This document shows, piece after piece, positions 13,756-24,027 of a DNA stretch of 64,000 bases (positions are counted from its first letter, which is position 1; each line of letters starts with the position of its first letter). Both the position numbers and the translations under genes were made by a program. The notes under the pieces are model-generated. The model was not told where the DNA came from, ran no database searches, and worked only from the letters and a program-made list of their open reading frames with translations. The DNA is from Trichinella spiralis. Lineage: Eukaryota. The stretch spans positions 688,266 to 752,265 of the forward strand of contig NW_003526941.1 of assembly GCF_000181795.1 (NCBI RefSeq). The letters run 5' to 3'.

Positions 13756-13997
13756 TCTTACCTCATTACTTACCTGTGCTTTCCCGTAGCGTAGAGTTAC
13801 GCCTCATACTTACCTTTACCTCTACGCTATCACACTTCAATCCACTTACCTGTACGATGTTCTTCTTTATATACTTACCTGCACAACTTACCTTTTCATT
13901 TTACTCACCTGCACCCTACGTTATCGTATTTACCTTCAGTACCTGCACCATTTACCGCTTCGACTCTACTTACCTGCATTACTTTATCACTTACCTT
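13756..13997 (-). repeat. Array of ~12 consensus 5' splice-site motifs (AG|GTAAGT-like) on the minus strand, i.e. (AT)ACTTACCT(G) on the plus strand
   Basis: ACTTACCTG at 13768, 13844, 13873, 13968; ACTTACCTT at 13808, 13886, 13989; ACTCACCTG at 13903; weaker copies at 13756, 13815, 13928, 13938, 13950. Spacers are non-repetitive. Confidence 0.9.
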
Positions 13998-14459
13998 AAT
14001 GCTACGTAGCAGTACTTTACGCTCTCTACTGCTCTTAATGAAGAATTTAATATAAACATGCCATGATTCTAAAGTACATAGTTGAATATAGTTATATACC
14101 ATATTACAGCCACATTAAAGAAAAAGAAAGCCATACGAATAACAGCAGCATAATAAAAACTACGATATTCGATGGAGATCATTCAAGATGCGGCTCTCGT
14201 CTTCACAGTTACGCACTAAAACTAAATACAAAACTAAATACAATTCTACAAAAAATAATGCAATTCTTCCTTACCTTGGGTGACAAGGAAAAACATCAGA
14301 ACCGTAGGAAACGCAATTTCAGTGCCATCGGCTGCGACTAAACAAAAATTTTCTGATGATGACGCTTCAAGCTCATCCATTGCTATCAAGAACAAAATGC
14401 TGGGATGTACAGCGACCTGTTCTATTTAACATATTTCATTGCTGACATAATATCGAATT

Positions 14460-15690
14460 CCTTTTTACTATTTGTGAAAAGTAAAGGCACACTGGGACGG
14501 CTAGAAAACGCCATTGAAACGCGAGGGGAACACTGGTTGCAGTACGATCAGTACGGGCTTCATGAGACGACATAATCCACAGCTATTATAAACAAAAACT
14601 ACTAATTTTTGTCATATCACATTGGAAACGCACTCACGAAAGATCTATACGGGCACCAGCGCTTCTCGACTGTCTCAACGTAATCTGCTAGAATTACAAT
14701 CATTTCTTTCTTACTCTTATGATAAGTGAAACCACACTAGTACCAATGATGAACGTCACTTCGTTAACTTCAACTCAGAGTGCCATCAGAAGAAACATCG
14801 AATTCGCATGATGTTAATGTAATGCTGTCTTGGATGAAATGTGCACGCTTTACGTACCCAACTGCAATCAGGAGCAAGTTAAATACTTACGGATGTTACT
14901 GATGCCACATCTAGAACAAACTGATGTGAACATGACTAAGCACGGTGTCCAGAGCGAAAGGAAGTTGAAAACAGTTCAGCTAATGATGTTATCTGTCATT
15001 ATAGATGTTATCTAATTCAATCCATGTAACATTCGCATCTTCCAGCTATCTAATTTATCAAATTCAATACTTACTGATAAACGATAGTATTTGTGATAAG
15101 CAAAGGCACAATGGGACGGCTAGGAAACGCCTTTATGTCCATGTGAACAAGGGTTGCCAACGGTACAAGCTTCATGGGATAACGTAATAATCTACAGCTA
15201 TTATAAACAAAAACTACTTACTAATTTTTGTCATATCACATTGGAAACGCACTCACGAAAGATCTATACGGGCACCAGCGCTTCTCGACTGTCTCAACGT
15301 AATCTGCTAGAATTACAATTATTTATTTCTTTCTTACTCTTATGATAAGTGAAACCACACTAGTACCAATGATGAACGTCACTGCACCAACTTCAACTCA
15401 GAGCGCCATCAGAAGAAATATCGTATTCGCTTGACGTCAATGTAACGCTGCCATAGATAAAATGTGTACACTGTACGATGCAACTGCAATCAGAAGCAAA
15501 TTCAATACTTACGGATGCCACATTTAGAACGAAATGATCTGAATATGACTTATCACGGTGCCCAGAACAAATAAAACTCCATAAAAGCTCAGGTGACGAC
15601 GTAATCTGTAATTATAGATTTTACCAAATTCTACAAATATCTGATCAGTTCATCGTCTTGCTATCTAATTAAACAAAGTCAATACTTACT
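14460..15690 (+). repeat. Head-to-tail tandem duplication of a ~615-bp unit within a decayed element
   Basis: tatttgtga..aaaggcaca.tgggacggctag at ~14469 and ~15088; a long identical core tttttgtcatatcacattggaaacgcactcacgaaagatctatacgggcaccagcgc; both units end in tcaatacttactg (~15064, ~15679). Confidence 0.92.
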
Positions 15691-16118
15691 GTTTTTTGTC
15701 ATACGTTTTTTGAACGCTATGTCAGCAACTTCAACAACCACTGTTCAACAACTTTTACCCATCTTTACTGATAATAGATTGCGTCTGTGCATTTTCAAAA
15801 TGTAGCAAGGCAAATCTAATTTTCAATTCTTAAAAGAATTGAATCAAGAGCACCTAATCCATGATATCATATACATGATAATTTAACATTAGTGCTGCAG
15901 TTATAATGAAAGCAATGTGGCGCTATTGGCACTGTAACCTAAAAACTAAATTTAACATAAAAATTCAAGTGAAAAGCAAGGCACATTTATCATGATGCAT
16001 AGTTACCATATTCAGTTGGCTTTCAGATACTGTTTGCTTCACATTCCTAGACATGAATATAAAATAATATCAATTCTGAAAGTAAATTACATCACAAAAT
16101 AAAAAACAAACAATTCCT

Positions 16119-19100
16119 TCTTCTTCAGCATCTGATGTTCCTGAAAGTTAGCAATAACAACAATAGAAAAGAAACCCGTCAGTTTCCATTCACCATATAA
16201 TTAAAGTAACATGCATAGCATGCCACCACCAAAATATCAAATCCAACTTACCAGTTATTCATGGATGGTGTTGAAGAGCGCAATTATAGTTGACCACGTG
16301 CTAGATTGATAGCATTGCAGTGAACTGAATAACCTAATAAAATCGATGTGCTTAGTCAATTGTATAATAAGTAAATTATGCAAATGACTATTTACTTTGC
16401 TTCAGGAAGAATAACCTAATTTTCCATCACTAATAGCGCAGTAAAATAAACATTATGAGCAACATTATAAAACGAGACGATGAAATTTATTACGTTTTTA
16501 TTTACACACTTCCTATTACTACGTAATATTGCATTGTTATGCAAATTTTTTCCCTAAAATTACCTGAAACGTAAAGTTATTAACATAAAGCATCGCAAAT
16601 TACTAAAAATAAACGGAAATGTTATCACTGCGTATTTATGCATGTTGTGAAATTTAGTTGCTTCAAAGTACAAGGTGATTCAATAAATTATATTTTATCA
16701 GTGCTTTTCTTCTAATCAAAATTATAATTTTAAATAGTTCCCACTAAAAATGGTTGCGAAAATACTTTTTCAGATTTATGGAAAATTAAACAGTTGACAG
16801 GAAATATTGTAACATGCAGTTTATCTCAGCACAGAAGTTACCATGTGCGCAGCGTAGACATAATGTTGGTAAGCGGCTGCTCCATGGGGTATGCCGCTTG
16901 ACAGCTCACCTCCACGTTCGATTGCGCCTTATGATAATTTATAGCAAGACTGCAAACTTGGTTGAGAACTGCATCAGGGCGCTTTATACAATGTGAGAAA
17001 AACTCTCACCGCAAAAATTCAGTAACTGAGCGATTTGCAGTGATTTCAAGAAACTTATGCGGGTGACAATTCTGTATTGCATTTCATGAAAAGAATAAAG
17101 CAAAAGAATCAGGAGTAGCCTGGATTTGGTTATATTGCTAGTCGACAGCAATTATGAGAAATTAGATTTATATGAGATAAAAACAGCTAAGTGCTGTTCA
17201 TTCAACTGTAAATAGGGGGTGGGCAGAATTTTCAGTTTAATGCGATCTCTGTTCAGCTTAGTATTATTACGAGCGCAATGATGGGGATCATTAGACAGGA
17301 AAGGAGGGCGGGACAGCATAGCAGGAAGGAATGAGGGAGAGGTTGAAGGATGGAGGAGGTGGAAGTTGTCATATGCGCTCTTCCACTCAATCTTCACATA
17401 TAATATTCAGGCGTACCTTCATTTATNNNNNNNNNNCATATATGAGAATTTGATTTTATTGGAGATAAAAACAGGTAAGGTGCTGGTTCATTCAACTGTA
17501 AAATAGGGGGGTGGGCAGAATTTTCAGTTTAATGCGATCTCTGTTCAGCTTAGTATTATTCGAGGCGCAATGATGGGGGATCATTAGACAGGAAAGGGAG
17601 GGCGGGACAGCATTAGCAGGGAAGGAATGAGGGAGAGGTTGAAGGATGGAGGGAGGGTGGAAAGTTGTCATATGCGCTCTTCCCACTCAATCTTCACATA
17701 TAATATTCAGGCGTACCTTCATTTATCAATACTGACATGCATTCTGATGGGCATTGAGTTATTTTCCCAATGACAGAAAATAGGGGCATCTGCATAAGTC
17801 AGTGCTATTGGCGGTAAAATGACAAAATATAAACTTTAAGGAGTCATTTCATAAATGAAGGGAACGTTACTGCCATTCTGAAAGTATGAAAGGTGGTGGT
17901 ATAAAAGTATGTTCTCTAACTAACAGCAGCTTTCGTATGTCATGCTGAAACAATCTTGTGCACGATTTGAGCAGTGACAAGCATTTAGGGGTGCGATTGT
18001 GCGACTGCAGCATCCCGGTGACAGACATTTCCTTTAAACAATTGGGCAAGTATGCTACCTTAGCAATAAACATTACAGTGGGCAGTAAAGATAATGCGGG
18101 AGGGGTTCAACTGCTATGTCAGAGTACTACTTTACATATGGATTTGTAAAGACGATTGAAAATTATAGCAAAATATACCATTAGTACTATTCTATATTGG
18201 CTTGGCCGTAAAAAAGTCTCGAATATTAATTAAACATCTTACTGAAGAACAACGCGCTAGTTTCCATTCAAAAAGACTAAAATCAAACAACTCGAAAAGC
18301 TTAAAAAGCGCGCATGTTTAGTGCAGTGTGCCAAGAGAAAGAAAGAAAACATTGTATGAAAAATAGCAAATATATAAAAATTCATACCTGTCAGCAGACC
18401 TGTGAGGGATAACGTATAAAGCAAACGTAGAGTCATACATTTTGTAACTGATGTTCATGGTTTCTTCATATTTTTAGTCTAACAATCACAACGTAATTGT
18501 TGCAGTGAAGCATCGAAATGACCAAATAACGCAATGCAGTAAGTAATTAGACCGCCCTTCAGCAGCGAACATTTATACTATAATGGAGTTCCCTCAATAA
18601 ACAGAAATTTATATAAGGAACATTGGTACCGTATTTGCATAGCACACAGTGCACGTAGCAGAATGCCAACGGCAGTGTTTAACATCACATTAGCATAAAG
18701 TTACTCTTCTGACCTAGAAATGCATGTATGCTTTGAAAACGTATAACAATGTAATGAGCTAACAACAAAGATTATAATAATTGCTGAACAAAAACAAAAT
18801 CCTGAATACGTTACAGATCAAAGCCACTATCTATCACAAATAATATTATGCCGTAAATTAAAGAAGTATAAAATAGTGTCTTACGTAAATGGGGCTGCAC
18901 TGGCACGATAATAATGTCGCAATATTCAGCAAAATTCATTCATTAATTTTAAGGAACTGATTGTTTAGTGAACATTTCAATCAGACTTTGATCAACCACT
19001 TTTAAAAGAAGAAAAATGAATGCCTAAAGCAGAAGTTTGGTAAAACATAACATTTACCTAAAACACAAACATAATGAATTGATAATTTAATATAATGCAC

Positions 19101-19268
19101 ATGCTGGGTTGAAATACTAAAAATTGAGCATCACGGTTGTCACTTTAGTCAGTGTGGAACCGGCAACATTGTTATCTTATATGCATGGACAAAATACAGA
19201 AGCAAATTATTAAAAATTTATAGATTTTACACCCTTACACTTTACATCGTTCCCTAATGCACATTCAT
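16119..19268 (-). repeat. Right arm of large inverted repeat (contains a gap and an artefactual ~290-bp duplication)
   Basis: Reverse complement of 8655-11505. N gap at 17427-17436; ~17150-17426 is repeated at ~17441-17726 with extra homopolymer bases. Confidence 0.95.
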
Positions 19269-19929
19269 GTACTGCTTCCAATGAAAAATATTCTGCAACC
19301 GTTTGAGAAAACATCATCAATTTTTCAAGAATAGCAAAGGTTATTGCAACTGAAAATTCAGATATCGAAGAAGGATCATTTTTGTAGAATTCACTTGACT
19401 CAATTAAATTTACTAAACATGCACAATTCCTCCTAATGAATTCGTCATAATAGTGATGTTGGTGAATTGGGTTGTAAATGCTGATTTCTACCTCTTGGCT
19501 TCATACTCATTGCCAGTATATATGAATTACAACATCAACCTGCAGTGGAATGAGCAGCGTCCCGTCTCCGCTGCTCTCGTGCCGTGAGCAGCGTAGAAAA
19601 ACTGCTAATGGTATTGCAATAATTATTATAACAATTGTCCAACTGTCTAAAAGAAACTTATCATTACGTACTGCACTGCTTGAAATTGGCTTCTGAAATT
19701 AAGAAATTTCCAAATACTTCGAAACATCAAAAAATATGCCACTACATGGGCAACGTTATGCTAATTTCAGTAATTAATTATTGAAAAAGTATTTTTCAAG
19801 CGAAGCACATCTGCATAACAGACGATCGGTTAGCGTAATTGCACCTAGTCTGAGTGAGCAATAAAAAATATGAAAAATTATATATTTTTATGAATATTTA
19901 GCTCCAAAAAACGCATAACTGAAAAAAAA

Positions 19930-22029
19930 TCAATCATCTTTATTTTTTTTAGATTCACTCGCTTTCGCATTCAAGGTATCAATTGTCTTCTTGAAGTCAA
20001 GCTTTATTAATTCACGAATTTCATCCAATGTACCAGATTTTAACCAACCATCTGTGGGATGAGATTCTGTTTGATTTTCGCTAAGACGATTCGAAAGTAA
20101 TTCTTCCACTGCAGGCAAATGTATATCACACATCTGATACCACATTGACCTAAGTGGGGGCAAACAACCTTCCGTGTATTCAAATGTTGGTTCCTAAACA
20201 TCAACAGCGTTCACTTATGTCAACATTCAATAAATAAATACATATATATATATATATATAAATGCATTACATTTTACATATAAAACTTGTTTTTTTATTT
20301 GTTTCAATGTTTAATATGAATTTTAAAAAGCAAAATGCTTTGTTACGCTATTTATGCACTTATTTTTACAGAAAAATTACAATAAATGTTACCGTAGTTA
20401 ACAGTTTATCCCACTCTTTTGACGATCTTGTTGCAATAGATGATACTTTGATTTGCCACTTGATAAACGCCTCAGACAAAACTGATTCACCACCTGGAAC
20501 CAATAAAATCCACAATAATAAAATTAATAAAAAGCAAAAAGCAGATAAAGATGGAAAAAGAGAAACCAAATCGAAAAAATGGAAAATGCATAGTTTGAAA
20601 TTTCCACGAGTTGGTATCTTCGCGAGGATCGTACTTATATCTGCACCAATTTCTACCCCACGGACCGCTAATAATGTGAAATGCAAATTTTGGCAGCAAA
20701 CGTCTAAAACTGTTCGAATTAAAATATACAAGATGGAAATAAATAAAGTAATAAATACTTCACGTCACGTTCATCCAATTTCAGCTTGACAATCAATGAA
20801 TACTTTAGCCACATCGGACGCTCGCTGAAGGCCTATTGGAAAAATTATTTAAATTAACACCATGTATAAAGAGAAAAATTAAAAGTAAAACATTTCTATC
20901 GTACCTTTTCAAGAGCTTCGTGAACAGCAGGATCGAAAGTGTTTTCATTCACCCGCTTCATGGCCAGTGGTGACGGTTCGGCAGGAAATTCATCCGTGGC
21001 TACTGCCATGCGAGTATGAGTTTTCCTGTTTTTTCGAGCGGCTGAATGTTGAAATAGGAACATTTCAAATTTCTTACGCAATAACAAATTATACACAAAT
21101 AGCAATAGAACATATAACACGAGCTTATCAGAATTGCAGCCTTGCATTAGTAATATGTGTTGTCAAAATTACTAATGATGATCATGTCTGAACAAATCAG
21201 CAGCACGTCACAAATTTTCATCATTTTAACTTCAAAAATGATTTTCAACTTATCCAAGTGAACTTGCGCACACACTGGATGTACCGTAAAAATCATTATA
21301 AAATTGAAACAATAATAAAGTAGACAATTTTTCACTCTGACGAAAAAACAATTTCAATTTAAATGAACTTACAGTCACCAATTCTCACACTTTCTGCCGT
21401 TCTTCCTGGAGTCTCTAGATCATAATTTGCCACTTCACGTGACAGAATCGATTCTGATGAGGTGCAAAGTCGAGTAAAAGAAAATGGAATCAAAAATAAT
21501 TCTTGGTCAGGTATAGGTGGTATGAACCATCTCTCCGCCTGTTCTTTCGTAGATGGTACAAGAGCCGAATAAATTTCTGAATACTGACCATCTTCATTCT
21601 TTCTCATCGGCAAATATTGAAAATCAAACAAGCTTGAACTGAAGTCATGAATGCTTGACAAAGTACCAACAACGTCAAGTTGGACGGAATTAGTTGTCTG
21701 CTTAGACGACGACGGACCTGCTTGGATCAAGCGTCGGGCACGGATAATCAAAAATGCACCTTCCCGGCGCTTGCTTAAAACGGGACGCGAAAACAGATTC
21801 GACTTTCGGTGAAAGTTCAATTCAAGCGACCTAGTATTATGCTAAAACACGTGCGCAAACGGACGTTACTCGTCACTTGAAGTAACGAAAAAGCAAAAAA
21901 ACATTCTGTGATTACCTTTTCAATCTCTTTCATACCACCCAGGCTCTCCAATGCTTTATCAACATTTTTCACAATTCCTGGATAACATATGGCCATGAAT
22001 TCTTCGCAAGAATTGTTCTCGGACAACAT
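19930..22029 (-). CDS. GTF3C5: General transcription factor IIIC subunit 5 (TFIIIC63/tau95)
   Basis: Spliced exons: FMAICYPGIVKNVDKALESLGG, VVGTLSSIHDFSSSLFDFQYLP, ISGPWGRNWCRYKYDPREDTNSWKFQTMHF, GCLPPLRSMWYQMCDI..HPTDGW. ATG at 22029 follows an acceptor at ~22048; stop at 19930. Confidence 0.88.
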
Positions 22030-22493
22030 CGCATTCTCAAAAAACACCTAATATTATTAGAACAACTTGGCTCTGTTTCAACACAAACTTCAAACAAATT
22101 TTAACATAATCCAAGCTCCATATTTATATAGTTGAAAAATACTAGCAATTCATATTCTGTGAATCGATAAAAACATTGAAAATCATCAACAAATGCACAT
22201 TTCCAAATGTCATTTACTTCGCCGAGCTACAGTATTATAAAAAAAATCAAGTCCAATTTCATTAATAAATATTGCGTTTGCCCCAAACGACAGATGGACT
22301 TCAATTTGAACAGCAGTAGACAACTGCTTCTGGATTTGTGTTGAATAAATTGTGAACAGGCCTGCTAATTACAAACAGCACAATTGAACCACAGTGCAGG
22401 CGCAAAATGTCAGTTAAACAAATCGACATGAAAATTTGTTTTCAATTTTGAAAATAAAAATTTCATAACATAAAAAACAGCATGAAATGTTTT

Positions 22494-23381
22494 TCATCTC
22501 TGCTTAGAATCCAAAATGATCGTCACAGGACCATCATTTTCAATTGACAGCTGCATGTGAGCACCAAATTTTCCATCTTAAATGATAATCACATCACACA
22601 CGATCAGTATAAATGAGGAACAGCATCATCAATTACAAGTCACAGCTCACAAACCTTTCACTAGATCTTCTTTATAATTTTGCCGCAATTTATCCACAAA
22701 AGTCGAATAAAATTGGGCAGCTTCTGAAGGATTCATAGAAAGATGAAAATCCAATTTGTTTCCTTTCAACAATGCATTCAAAGTAAACTAAAAACAAGTA
22801 CTGCCGAGCTTGGACAATATTCGGAAAAGAAAACTCGCAAAGCTCACCTGACTTACGCAAAGAATTTCCAACTGCAAATCGTTGACACTTTTATCCCATC
22901 TTTTTTCAGCATCTCCTGAGAAGATGCGTAAATTCAACAATTTTCGAACTCTGAGATGTGGAAATTATTGTTCATTGCACTTGAAGTATAATTTATACAA
23001 TAGCATAATTATGAAAATAAATTATTCTATAATTATTGTTGTAAAGTTAGTAAATTAATGATTTCTAAGTAAACGCTCATCCAATTACTGATCGTAGTAA
23101 ATCTACTTGTGAATAGGCAAGCATAAACTGTAAAACAGTGTCTGACATTTGGAAAACAAACATCCAACTTTTTACTAAAAGTTACAATTTTTACATGTAT
23201 TCAATATCGTTGGCATCGTCATCTCTGCTTAGACCAATTAATGCACAAATTCCGCGCTGAATACGGCTTACAACTTCACCATTCACTGTAAAATAATATA
23301 ACGATAGCAGAGATCAAGAAATTTGAAAATTATCGCACCAGACACGGTGGCAGAAGTCACCTTTTGCAAAACAGCTCTCAT
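22494..23381 (-). CDS. DTD1: D-aminoacyl-tRNA deacylase 1 (5 exons; not in ORF track)
   Basis: MRAVLQKVTSATVS / VNGEVVSRIQRGICALIGLSRDD / RKLLNLRIFSGDAEKRWDKSV..ILCVSQ / FTLNALLKGNKLDFHLSM / DGKFGAHMQLSIENDGPVTIILDSKQR*. The SQFTL and DGPVT signature motifs are present. Confidence 0.95.
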
Positions 23382-24027
23382 TCAAAATGCTAAAATTAAA
23401 AAATAAAAGTCAATTTATTGCGCAAACGTTTTGGCAAATTGCTAAAATAGATAATTAAACGACTGGGCGTAATATTTATTTTCTCAAAAATTGGATAATA
23501 CAGTGGAATTCATAATGCGCATTTGCATAGAAATTAACGGTAAATTTATGACGAAAAACAATTTTTCAGAAATAATTTAAAATTTGCATACAGTACACTG
23601 TAATGACAATGAAGTTTAATCAGTATATCTGGATAGAGTGTACAAAATTCTTTATTATTCTTCTAGTAAGCAATAAGTTAAACTTACATTTCAACATAAT
23701 ACTTCCGCATAGACATTATTATCATCAAAATCAAATTGTATTTTCACATAACATTCATTTGGCGTTGTCGTTCAAAGGATGCAAGGAATATGAACACCAG
23801 TTTATTTATTTAAATTACAAAGAAAATACTGAATATGAAAGTAAACAATTATATGAATGGCAAAACAGTTCAGCCGTACAGAACTTTTCGAGTATTTTCA
23901 ATTTTAAAATTGAGTCCACGTACAAAGTAAATCATCAAAATCTACATAACCACTTTACAGAATAAGAGGAACGAACAACCGATCAGAAAGAAAAATCGTC
24001 CATCTGATGAAGTGTTTCTTACTCTTC

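Noticed and set aside
13411..13794. 127-aa ORF over the motif cassette
   Set aside because: Translation of repeated DNA motifs; no protein-like features.
13756..13997. CRISPR-like repeat-spacer interpretation of the motif array
   Set aside because: Repeats are only 8-11 nt with irregular spacing, the context is eukaryotic, and there are no cas genes.
13871..14040. U1 snRNA gene starting at ATACTTACCTG
   Set aside because: Only the first 11 nt match; no U1 stem-loops, U1A loop or correctly placed Sm site follow.
17150..17726. ~290-bp tandem duplication within the right inverted-repeat arm
   Set aside because: Straddles an N gap, the second copy carries homopolymer-type errors, and it is absent from the left arm: an unmerged contig overlap.
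9773..18149. Duplicated 60-68 aa ORFs in the inverted arms as genes
   Set aside because: Short, no domains or splice support; their identity simply reflects the DNA repeat.
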